Shown in pieces: positions 26,818-37,300 of a DNA stretch of 64,000 nt. The translations under genes and the position numbers were made by a program. The stretch is from Candidatus Latescibacterota bacterium (GTDB lineage: Bacteria; Latescibacterota; UBA2968; GCA-2709665): positions 2,272,001 through 2,336,000 of the forward strand of contig OZ244937.1 in NCBI GenBank assembly GCA_965222075.1, given 5' to 3'. The number at the start of each line of letters is the position of its first letter. Position 1 is the first letter of the stretch. The notes beneath the pieces were generated by a model. That model saw nothing but the letters and a program-made list of their open reading frames with translations, searched no databases and was not told the origin of the DNA.

Positions 26818-28941
26818 ATGTATTCAAAAAAGAGCATGTTGGTAATTGCCATCCTCGGGTTCCTGGCCTTTGTGGGTCAAACCTACGCCGCCCCCAATGC
26901 TAACGCCGTTTTGCCGCTGGACCCTATTGCCGACGACGCAACGGGTGACGGAACGAATGACGACGCCACATCGGACTTTGTTTCTGCTGAGGACACGACC
27001 ATTGCCGCTGGCAAAGTCATTACCACAAGTGTGATTACGTCCAATACCGCGCCTTCGCCTGACTTCGATGGCGACGGTACGGTTGGTTTCTCCGACTTCC
27101 TGATCTTCGCAAGCGTGTTCGGGTCGCGTCAGGGCGATGGGAAGTACAATGCCCGGTATGATTTGAATGGCGATGGTTCCATTGGTTTTCCGGACTTTCT
27201 GATCTTTGCGCAGAACTTCGGCAAAGACGTATCGTCGCCCGGGGGCGGGGAGACAACGATAGTTGCCATTCCGGATGCAAACCTGTATGCGGTCATTGCG
27301 GACAGTCTCGGCAAGGCGCACGGTGCGCCAATCACTCAGGCAGAGATGGCGACCTTAATTCGCCTTGATGCATCGAACAAGAGTATTCGCGATCTGACCG
27401 GGCTTGAGTTTGCAATTAACCTGACAGAGTTGGTCCTTGGTGGAGCGGAAGGGAGATTGTGGGAGGTGAACATCAATGAGATAGCCAACCTTTCACTACT
27501 ATTGACCAATATAATAGAACTATGGATTAACTTTTCCTTCAACCTTTCCTACAACAGCATATCGGATGTGGTGCCACTATCTAACTTGACCCGTCTGGAA
27601 TTGCTGGATCTTTCCGGCAACAGCATATTGAATGTGGCGCCACTATCTAACTTGACCAATCTAAGAGGGCTGGATCTTTCCGGCAACAGCATATCGGATG
27701 TGACGCCGCTATCTAACTTGACCAATCTGGAATTGCTGTCTCTTTCCTACAACAGCACATCGAATGTGTCTGCACTGTCAGGATTGACCCGTCTGGAATG
27801 GCTGTCTCTTTCCGACAACAGCATATCGAATATGGCACCGCTATCTAACTTGACCAATCTGGAATTGCTGGATCTTTCCGGCAACAGCATATCGGATGTG
27901 ACGCCGCTATCTAACTTGACCAATCTGAAATGGCTGTCTCTTTCCGATAACAGCATATCGGATGTGACGCCGCTTGTGACGCTTCTATCTAACTTGACCA
28001 ATCTAAGATCCCTATCTCTTTCCGATAACAGCATATCGGATGTGACGCCGCTATCTAACTTAATCAACCTGGAATGGCTGGAGCTTTCCGGCAACAGCAT
28101 ATCGGATGTGACGCCGCTATCTAACTTGACCAATCTAAGAGCCTTGGATCTTTCCAGAACCAGCATATCGAATGTGTCTGCACTGTCAGGATTGACCCGT
28201 CTGGAATGGCTGTCTCTTTCCGACAACAGCATATCGAATATGGCACCGCTATCTAACTTGACCAATCTGGAATTGCTGGATCTTTCCGGCAACAGCATAT
28301 CGGATGTGACGCCGCTATCTAACTTGACCAATCTAAGAGCCTTGGATCTTTCCAGAACCAGCATATCGAATGTGTCTGCACTGTCAGGATTGACCCGTCT
28401 GGAATGGCTGTCTCTTTCCGACAACAGCATATCGAATATGGCACCGCTATCTAACTTGACCAATCTGAAATGGCTGTCTCTTTCCGACAACAGCATATCG
28501 AATGTGTCTGCACTGTCAGGATTGACCCGTCTGGAATGGCTGTCTCTTTCCGACAACAGCATATCGGATGTGACGCCGCTATCTAACTTAATCAACCTGG
28601 AATGGCTGGAACTTTACAGCAACAGGATCTCAGACCTCGCGCCACTGGTAGCAAACACGGGATTGGGTGAAGGAGATATAGTTGATGTGAGTGACAATCC
28701 CTTGAGTGCCACATCAATCAACACACACATTCCGGCACTTCAGCGCAGAGGGGTTGACGTGGATTTCAGCGCATCGAAGCCTGCGGTGCAGAAGAAAAAA
28801 CGGGGCATGCTCCCTGCGGTGATGGACACGTACAGGGGTGAGGGGCGGGAGGCAGACGGTTATATCTATCGCGGACGGATGGAGAATCGGAAGGAGGTGA
28901 CCAGGCAAAAGCTGCGCCCGTCCATCGGAGCTGAGAGGTGA
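26818..28941 (+). CDS. secreted internalin-like LRR protein with dockerin-like module
   Basis: ATG at 26818 after GAGGAG; signal peptide; PDFDGDG module; 22-aa repeats LSNLTNLEWLSLSDNSISDVTP. Confidence 0.88.
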   Translation: MYSKKSMLVIAILGFLAFVGQTYAAPNANAVLPLDPIADDATGDGTNDDATSDFVSAEDTTIAAGKVITTSVITSNTAPSPDFDGDGTVGFSDFLIFASVFGSRQGDGKYNARYDLNGDGSIGFPDFLIFAQNFGKDVSSPGGGETTIVAIPDANLYAVIADSLGKAHGAPITQAEMATLIRLDASNKSIRDLTGLEFAINLTELVLGGAEGRLWEVNINEIANLSLLLTNIIELWINFSFNLSYNSISDVVPLSNLTRLELLDLSGNSILNVAPLSNLTNLRGLDLSGNSISDVTPLSNLTNLELLSLSYNSTSNVSALSGLTRLEWLSLSDNSISNMAPLSNLTNLELLDLSGNSISDVTPLSNLTNLKWLSLSDNSISDVTPLVTLLSNLTNLRSLSLSDNSISDVTPLSNLINLEWLELSGNSISDVTPLSNLTNLRALDLSRTSISNVSALSGLTRLEWLSLSDNSISNMAPLSNLTNLELLDLSGNSISDVTPLSNLTNLRALDLSRTSISNVSALSGLTRLEWLSLSDNSISNMAPLSNLTNLKWLSLSDNSISNVSALSGLTRLEWLSLSDNSISDVTPLSNLINLEWLELYSNRISDLAPLVANTGLGEGDIVDVSDNPLSATSINTHIPALQRRGVDVDFSASKPAVQKKKRGMLPAVMDTYRGEGREADGYIYRGRMENRKEVTRQKLRPSIGAER

Positions 28942-29024
28942 TAATACCATCGGCTCAAGTGCGGTTTCAAGTCGGCCAACACGATACTTTTATAACCGAA
29001 GGATATTAAAAGGGAGGAGTTTCA

Positions 29025-30968
29025 ATGAGCTATCGAGACCGTCTAATCTCAACAGCTGCTGATATTGCCTGGAAAATCTTTCAAAGCGTCAACACACGTA
29101 TCCCCGAAGGTCAGCCGTTTCAGCCTGCATGGGCTCCAGCGCCCCTGTTGAAAAGCTACGAACGCAGCAAGCCCCAGCTTGGGTTTCCCCGTGAGACAGA
29201 CTCGCTGTGCCCCGACTGCGTCAAAGAGGTCAGAAATGCGGTCATCGAAGGCCGGCGCGACATCCGCGAACTGGTTGAAGGCCATCCCGGTGAGATCAAG
29301 ATGCAGATGTTGGAGGAAAACGGGCAAATCGTCCTGCGCAAGACCTGTCCGATACACGGCATCTACGAAGACATTCAGTCGATCGATCCCGAATTCAGTC
29401 AGATCATTGAGAGCCGTTTCCCCGGCCGCGACTACCGCACCTTTGGCGACGAACACATCCACCACCACGGCACCTCCAGCATCAAGTACGGGCGTGGGGC
29501 GGTGCTCACCATCGATCTGACCAACCGCTGCAACATGATGTGCAACCCCTGCTTTATGGACGCCAACCAGGTGGGGTATGTGCACGAATTGACCCTCGAT
29601 GAGGTCAAGCGCATCCTGGATGCGTCCATCTCATTCAAACCCAGGCGGCAGATGTCGGTTCAGTTCTCCGGCGGTGAACCCACCATCTCCCCGCACTTCT
29701 TAGAAGCCTGCCAGTATGCCAAAGAGGTGGGATACTGGTGCGTGCAGGCGGCAACCAACGGGGTGCGGTTTGCCCAGGATCCCGAATTCGCGTTTGCCGC
29801 CAAGGAGGCCGGCCTGGACATGGCCTACTTGCAGTTCGACGGGGTGACCAACACGGCCAACCAGCACCGCCACATCTCCAACCTCTTCGACGCCAAGCTC
29901 CTGGCCATGGAAAGCCTCGCCAGGGCCGACATCGACATCACACCGGTCACTACGGTGTTAAACACCATCAACAACGACCAGGTGGGTCCCATCCTCCAGT
30001 TCTGCATCGACAACAGCGACAAGGTCGGCTCCATCTCCTTCCAGCCGATCTCGTTTACCGGCCGCGACGAAGACATCAGCAATGAGCTTCGCCACCAGCA
30101 GCGCTACACCATCTCCCACCTCGCCCACGACCTGGAGGAATGGTCAGGAGGGAAGCTGCAGGCCCACCGCGACTGGTATCCGCTGGGTGCGGGCATCCTG
30201 TTTACCACCCTGGCCGACCACCTGCGCGGTCCGGACATCCAGTTTGGGGGTCAGACCTGTTCCTGCCACCCCAACTGCGGCTCTGCCCTCCACATTATGG
30301 TCAACGAAAAGACGAAGGCGTGGGCGGCCATCACTGAGTTCTTCGATCAGGACCAGTTTATGAAAGACATTGAAGTGATGACCGACACTTCGCGCGACCC
30401 CAAGCTGATCAAAGTGCAGGCGGCTCTCTCCCTGCTGCGCAACTTCAATTTGAAGAAGGCACCCCCGGGGTTCAAGCTGGAAGACCTGGGGCGCATCTTC
30501 GACCGCAGAGTGGGCGGCTCCATAAGCGGGGGTGAGCGCCCGGAAGACAGGGAGTGGCGGATTATGTGGGTGGGCGGCATGTGGTTCCAGGACCTGTGGA
30601 CCTACGACTTTCGCCGCACCGAGATGTGTGTGATCCCCTATGCCACCCAGGATGGCGAGATCTCCTTTTGCGCCTACAACACCGGCATCGGCTGGCGTCA
30701 GATCATCGAGAACATACACATGACCGCCACCACGGCCGAATGGTTCAAGACGGTTGGCCGGCATTCCATATACGCGGGTGACCGGGACATGCCCCTGCCG
30801 GATGCGCAGCACACATTGAGGGTGCGGGAGAACGAGAACGGCGAACTGGAGCTGCCCGTGGTCGATGAGCAGTCCGGCAACAGCAGCTGTGGCTGCTCCT
30901 CTACCGACACACAGGAGGAGATTAAGAAGATTGTCTCCGCGCCGGTAGAAGAGGGCACCATCGCGTAG
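29025..30968 (+). CDS. radical SAM protein, tetraether synthase (Tes/GDGT-MAS, MJ0619-family) homolog
   Basis: SLCPDC..KTCPIHG metal site, IDLTNRCNMMCNPCF, QFSGGEPT, YLQFDG, CHPNCG, MWFQD, CVIPY..FCAYN. Confidence 0.8.
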   Translation: MSYRDRLISTAADIAWKIFQSVNTRIPEGQPFQPAWAPAPLLKSYERSKPQLGFPRETDSLCPDCVKEVRNAVIEGRRDIRELVEGHPGEIKMQMLEENGQIVLRKTCPIHGIYEDIQSIDPEFSQIIESRFPGRDYRTFGDEHIHHHGTSSIKYGRGAVLTIDLTNRCNMMCNPCFMDANQVGYVHELTLDEVKRILDASISFKPRRQMSVQFSGGEPTISPHFLEACQYAKEVGYWCVQAATNGVRFAQDPEFAFAAKEAGLDMAYLQFDGVTNTANQHRHISNLFDAKLLAMESLARADIDITPVTTVLNTINNDQVGPILQFCIDNSDKVGSISFQPISFTGRDEDISNELRHQQRYTISHLAHDLEEWSGGKLQAHRDWYPLGAGILFTTLADHLRGPDIQFGGQTCSCHPNCGSALHIMVNEKTKAWAAITEFFDQDQFMKDIEVMTDTSRDPKLIKVQAALSLLRNFNLKKAPPGFKLEDLGRIFDRRVGGSISGGERPEDREWRIMWVGGMWFQDLWTYDFRRTEMCVIPYATQDGEISFCAYNTGIGWRQIIENIHMTATTAEWFKTVGRHSIYAGDRDMPLPDAQHTLRVRENENGELELPVVDEQSGNSSCGCSSTDTQEEIKKIVSAPVEEGTIA

Positions 30969-31002
30969 CCGAACCGGGGCCGCCGAGATTCAGCATCCGG
31001 GT
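30889..31002 (+). repeat. 114-bp direct repeat of the Tes-like gene 3' end (copy at 41257-41370; 27-bp partial copy at 22712-22738)
   Basis: GTGGCTGCTCCTCTACCGACAC...AGCATCCGGGT at offset 10368. Confidence 0.9.
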
Positions 31003-31083
31003 GCGGTCCTTTCGGTGGCGTTTTCGCGCGAAGGCACCACCCTCGCGTCCGGGTCAGAGGATGGCACGATGCTGCTGTGGGAT
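31003..31083 (+). pseudogene. single orphan WD40 blade (deletion remnant)
   Basis: translates AVLSVAFSREGTTLASGSEDGTMLLWD, like the last blade of 41386-45726. Confidence 0.7.
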
Positions 31084-31305
31084 TTGAAATCGAAGGCGTT
31101 TTACGAGACAGGTTGTCCGCTTGTGGACAACCTGTCTCTGACCATGACGCCGTAATGCAGAACGCCGACGCATCCGGCGATCAAGACGGTAGGATGGCTG
31201 TTTCTGGGTAAGGTGGATAACACCATGAAACCTCCCGTTCTTCGTTTCACTCTATTCGCGATGCTCGGCGTCTTTCTCTGTCTGCCGGTAGCCGGCCATG
31301 CGTCG
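31083..31305 (+). repeat. duplicated leader and signal-peptide region (copy at 37771-37992) with conserved hairpin
   Basis: near-identical sequence; GAGACAGGTTGTCC-gcttgt-GGACAACCTGTCTC at 31105-31138. Confidence 0.9.
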
Positions 31306-34300
31306 CCCCCGCCGGCCGACAGCGTGCATGTCTGCGCGTACTTCGATTACGAGCAGTGGCGACGGGATCACCCCCGCCCGGCGGCCAAGCCGCTGGCGGA
31401 CCTGGACGTGGGCGAGCCTCGCACCGTGCGGATGATCTACTTCCTGCCCAACGACCGTCCTTTTCGTCAGGAGGTGGTCGATTCGATGAGAGTCCGGATC
31501 CGGCAGGTGCAGACTTTCTTTGCGGAGCAGATGGAGGCCAACGGACGAAGCAGCGGGACACTCCGTATTGAAACCGATCCCCAAGGTGAGCCGCTGGTCC
31601 ATCGCGTGGATGGGCAGCACCCGGACAGCCACTACCTCGATGTGACGGGCATTGTGTACGAGGAGATCGACCAGGTCTTCGACCTCGAGGAGAACATTTA
31701 CCTCATCGTCGTCGACAACAGCATTGATGCAATCGGGATTGGCGGCGGCAGGCTTGCGGGAGGAACCGGCGGGGGCTACAAGAAGCGTGGCAGTGCGCTG
31801 GTACCTGGGAGTGTATTCTTCAATACGGTTGCCCACGAAATGGGCCATGCCTTCGGCTTGCTGCACGACTTCCGCGATGGTGAGTACATCATGTCCTACG
31901 GCCCAGGACGGACTCGCTTGTCGGCCTGCGCTGCGGAGTTTCTGGCGGTGAATCCCTACTTCAATCAAGACAGCTCTCTTGAGAGTGACTGGGAGCGGAG
32001 GCCGACCGCTGAGCTCGTCTCGTCGCCGGCCTATCCGGCAGGCACGGCAGGAGTGCCCATCCAGCTCAGGGTTGGCGACAGGGTTGGCGATTCGGAAGGG
32101 CTTCACCAGGTGATCTTGTTCGCTGTCACGAGGGATATAGGCATTACTGCGGGGGGATCCGAAATCAAGGCGTGTCATGGGTTGGCGGGTGAGAAAGATG
32201 AGCTCGTTGACTTCGAGTATGACGGCACGATTCCATCCTCCTTTGTCTCAAGTCTCTCCGATCCGATTGCGCATCCGATCCACGTGCAGGTGGTCAATTC
32301 CGAGGGAGATGCGGGTTGGACGGATTTCGTGCTTTCGGAGATCTCCCCACACCTGGTTGCCACTCTGGAAGGCCATACGAGTGAGGTCAATTCGTTGGCC
32401 TTTTCTCCGGATGGGGCCACGCTGGCTTCTTCGGGGTCATGGGACAATGAAATCAAGCTGTGGCACTTGAAGGCCAAGAAACCATTCGTGATCGCCACGC
32501 TGAGAGGGCACACGGATGCGGTCAGTTCGGTCTCCTTTTCCTCTCCGGACGGCGCTACTCTCGCCTCCGGGTCCTGGGATCGCACGATCAAGTTGTGGGA
32601 CGGGAAGTCCGGTGGACTGATCGCTACTCTGGAGGAGCATGCGGATGGGGTTACGTCCGTGTCGTTTTCTTCTGGCGGAACCACTCTGGCCTCCGGGTCG
32701 AGGGATGGCACGATCAAGCTGTGGGACGTGCGGACCCGGGAAGAGATCGGCACACTCGAAGGGCATACGGGTGAGGTCACGTCAGTGTCGTTTTCCCCCG
32801 ACGGCGCGCTACTGGCCTCGGCAGGTGGATGGGGTGATCGCACGGTCATATTGTGGGACGTTGAGACTCTGAAACAGATCGGCACCCTGGAGGGGCATAC
32901 GGGTGAGGTCACGTCAGTGTCGTTTTCCCCCGACGGCGCGCTACTGGCCTCGGCAGGTGGATGGGGTGATCGCACGGTCATATTGTGGGACGTTGAGACT
33001 CTGAAACAGATCGGCACCCTGGAAGGCCATGCGTCCAGGATCAACTCGCTGTCCCTTTCTGCCCCGGACGGCGCTCTCCTGGCGACCGGCTCAGGGGATG
33101 GCACGGCCATTGTCTGGGATCTTCTGACCCGGGAGAAGATCGCCGCCTTCGGACACACGAAGGAGGTCCTCTCCGTGTCCTTGTCGCCCGGTGACGCCAC
33201 GCTCGCCGGTGGGGGACGGGATGGAGCGATCCTGCTGTGGGACGTGTCGGAGTGGACGGGGGCCCGTGCTTTCGCGCTGGAGATCGTCTATGGCGACGGT
33301 CAGCAGGGCGCCCCCGGAACGGGGCTGGCCCAGCCCCTGGTGGTGGAAGTGCGGGATCAGTACGGCGATCCCCTGTCCGATGCGGCCGTCACCTTCACGG
33401 TCACCGCCGGCGAAGGGAAACTCAGCGGCCGGTTTGCAGTGGAGCACGCCACCACCGATGTCAACGGCCGGGCAGAGCTGCCCCTTACCCTGGGCCTTCA
33501 CCCGGGTCCGAACACCGTGGGTGTCTCCATCGGGGGCCGCGAGTTGGCGACGTTTACCGCACAGGGCGTGGGCACGGCGGTGGCGGAGCTGGAGGGGGAC
33601 TACCGGACCTGGCATCTGCCCAGGGCGGCGACGGTGCGTCTGGGAAAGGGCGCCCTGGGAGAAAGCGACCGGGCGGTGGCCCTCTCGGCGGACGGCCGCT
33701 GTCTGGCCGTGGCCAGCGCCCTCGGCGTGTGGCTGTACGAGGCGGCCACGTCCCGTGCCCTGGCGCTGCTGCCGACTGAGAGTCCGGTCCATTCGGTTGC
33801 GTTCTCCCTCGACGGCACCCTGGCTGCGGGGCTGGACAACGGCCAGGTCGAGCTATGGGAGGTGGAAACCGGGGAGCGCATCGGCACGCTGAGGCATGCG
33901 GATTGGGGCGGGGTCGCGGTGGTTTTTTCTCCGGATGGAACTCGCTTAGCTTCCGGGTCGTCGGATCAGGTCATCAAGGTGTGGGATGTAGAGACCAGGC
34001 GCGAGGTCGGAACCTGGGAGGTGCCACGGGAAGGCAATTTTCTTTGGCCCCTCTCGGTGGCCTTTTCGCCGGATGGGACGAGGCTGGTATCGGGGTTTCA
34101 AGATGGCACGGTCAGGCTGTGGGACATAGCGACACAGACGGAGTTGGCCACGCTGGAAGGACATACGGATCGGGTCACATCGGTGTCGTTTTCGCCCGAT
34201 GGCGGCTTGCTGGCTTCGGCCGGGGGGTGGAGTGATCCCACGGTCCGGCTGTGGGACGCGGCCACACAGGCGCAGGTCGCCATGTTGAGAGGACACAGGA

Positions 34301-37300
34301 GCGAGGTCCGTTCGGTGTCGTTTTCCTCCCCTGACGGCGCCACCCTGGCTTCCGGGGCATGGGACCGCACCGTCCGGCTGTGGGACGTGGCGACGAGAGA
34401 GTTGATCAACACTCTGGAAGAGCACACGGGTCCGGTCCATTCGGTGACGTTTTCCCGCGATGGCGCCACCCTGGCTTCCGGGGCCGCGGACGGCAGGGTG
34501 CTGCTGCGGGATCTGGAGTCCAGGAATGCCGCCGGGCTCGCCGGGCATGAGTCCTCTTCATCCATGGTGTTTTCCCGCGATGGCGCGCTCGTGGCTTCGG
34601 GTTCTCAGGACGGCACCATCAAGCTGTGGGACGCGGTGACGCAAACCCAGATCGCCGTTCTGGAAGGGCATACAGCTCGGGTCGCTGCAGTGTCGTTTTC
34701 ACCCGATGGCGCGCTCCTGGCTTCAGCCGGGGGCTGGGATGATCCGGTCAAGCTGTGGGATGTGGCGACACGAACACAGATCGGCACTCTGGGGCACTCA
34801 CGGCGGATCAATGCCATGTCCTTCTCCTCTCCAGACGGCGCCCGGCTGGCTAAAGGATCGTCGGACGGCACGATCACGCTGTGGGACGTGGCCACACGAG
34901 AACAGATCGGCACCCTGGAAGGACACATGGATGGCGTCCGTTCGATGTCCTTTTCTCCCGATGGTGCCACCCTGGCCTCGGGAGGGGGCCATGAAGACAA
35001 GACGGTCAAACTGTGGGACGTGGGGACCCGAGAGCTGATCGGCACCCTGGAAGGGCATGAGTATGAGGTCAATACAGTGGCCTTTTCGCCCAGGGGCAGG
35101 ATGCTCGTTTCCGGGTCGCACCGCACGGTCAAGCTGTGGGACGTGGAGACCCGAGAGCCGATCGGCGCCCTGGAAGGTGTGGGGGCCAACGCCGTTTCGT
35201 TCTCGCGCGATGGGACGATGCTTGTTTCCGGGTCGCACCGCACGGTCAGGCTGTGGGATGTGGCAACAAGACGGATGATCACCACCCTGGAAGGACATGC
35301 TCGTTCGGTGAATCATGTGGCGTTGTCTCGCGATCAAATGAACCTGATTACTGGATCGGACGACGGCACGATTCTGCTGTGGGACATCTCGGAGTGGACG
35401 CGGCCCCGTCCCTCCGCGCTGGCGGTCATCTCCGGCGACGGGCAGCAGGGCGAGCCCGGTGCGGCGTTGACCCATCCCCTGATCGTGGAAGTGCGGGACC
35501 AGTACGGCGATCTCCTGCCGGAGGCCACCGTCGCCTTCACGGTTACTGCCGGGGAGGGCCAGCTCAGCGACCGTTTCACGGTGGAGCACATCACCACCGA
35601 TGCCAACGGCCGGGCGGAGCTGATCCTTACCCTGGGTCCTCAACCGGGGCAGAATATCGTGGGCGTGACCCTCGGGGGGCACGAGCTGGCGACGTTTACC
35701 GCACAGGGCGTGGGCACGGCGGTGGCGGAGCTGGAAGGGGACTACCGGACCTGGCATCTGCCCACGGCAGCGACGGTGCGTCTGGGAAAGGGCGCCCTGG
35801 GAGAAAGCGACCGGACGGTAGCTCTCTCGGCCGACGGCCGATGTCTGGCCGTGGCCAGCGGCATCGGCGTGTGGCTGTACGAGGCGTCCACGTCTCGTGC
35901 TCTGGCGCTGCTGCCGACGGAGAGTCCGGTCCATTCGGTGGCGTTCTCCCTCGACGGCACCCTGGCTGCCGGACTGGACAATGGCCAGGTCGAGCTGTGG
36001 GAGGTGGAAACAGGGGAGCGGACCGGCACGTTGAGGCATGCAAATTGGGGCGGGGTCGCGGTGGTTTTTTCTCCGGATGGGACGAAGCTGGCTTCCGGGT
36101 CATTGGAACAGGTCATCAAGCTTTGGGATATCGAGACCAGGCGTGAGGTGGGCACGTGGGAGGTGCCGCGGGACAGCGATTTTTACTGGGACATCTCGGT
36201 GGCCTTTTCGCCGGATGGGTCGAGGCTGGTATCGGGGTTTCAGGATGGCACGGTCCGGCTGTGGGACATAGCGACACAGACGGAGTTGGCCACCCTGGAG
36301 GGGCATACGGATCGGGTCACATCGGTGTCGTTTTCGCCCGATGGCGGCTTGCTGGCTTCGGCCGGGGGGTGGAGTGATCCCACGGTCCGGCTGTGGGACG
36401 CGGCGACCCAAACGGAGGTGGCCACGCTGAGGGGGCATACGGACGAGGTCCGTTCGGTGTCGTTTTCTTCGCCTGACGGCGCCACCCTGGCTTCCGGGGC
36501 ATGGGACCGCACGGTTCGACTGTGGGACGTGGCCACACAAGAGGAGGTGGCCACCCTGGAAGAGCATAGTGGTCCGGTCCATTCCGTGTCGTTCTCGCGA
36601 GATGGCGCGACCCTAATCTCCGGGGCCGCGGACGGCAGGGTGCTGCTGCGGGATGTGGAAACGGGCAATGTCGCAGGGCTCTCCGGTCACGGATCCTTGT
36701 CCTCGATGGCGCTTTCGCCCGATGGGACACTCCTGGCTTCGACAGGGGGCTGGGGAGATGAGACGGTCACTCTATGGGACGCGGCGACTCGGACACGGAT
36801 TGCCACTCTTGAGGGGCATACGAGTAGCGTCACTTCGGTGTCTTTTTCTTCGGATGGCGCTCTCCTGGCTTCCGGGTCGTGGGATCGCACGGTCAAGCTG
36901 TGGAACGTGGGAACCCGAGAACTGGTCGGGACGCTGGAAGGGCATACGTCTGGAGTCAACGCAGTGGCGTTTACGTCCGATGGCGCCACCCTGGCTTCAG
37001 CCGGGGGTCGGAATGATGCCACCGTGAGACTGTGGGACGTGGGGGCTCACGAGCTGATCGGCACTCTCGAAGGGCATACCAATGAGGTCCGTTCGGTGGC
37101 GTTTACGTCCGATGGCGCCACCCTGGCCTCGGCAGGAGGCGATGAAGACAACACGGTCAAGCTGTGGAACGTAGGAACCCGAGAAGAGATAGGCACCCTC
37201 GAAGGGCATACGGAGGGGGTCAATTCCGTGGCGTTTTCGCACGACGATGCCCTCCTGGCCTCCGGGTCATGGGACGGCACGGTCAAGCTGTGGAACGTGG

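Noticed and set aside
27540-28620. CRISPR-like ~66-bp periodicity
   Set aside because: It is the in-frame 22-aa LRR coding repeat
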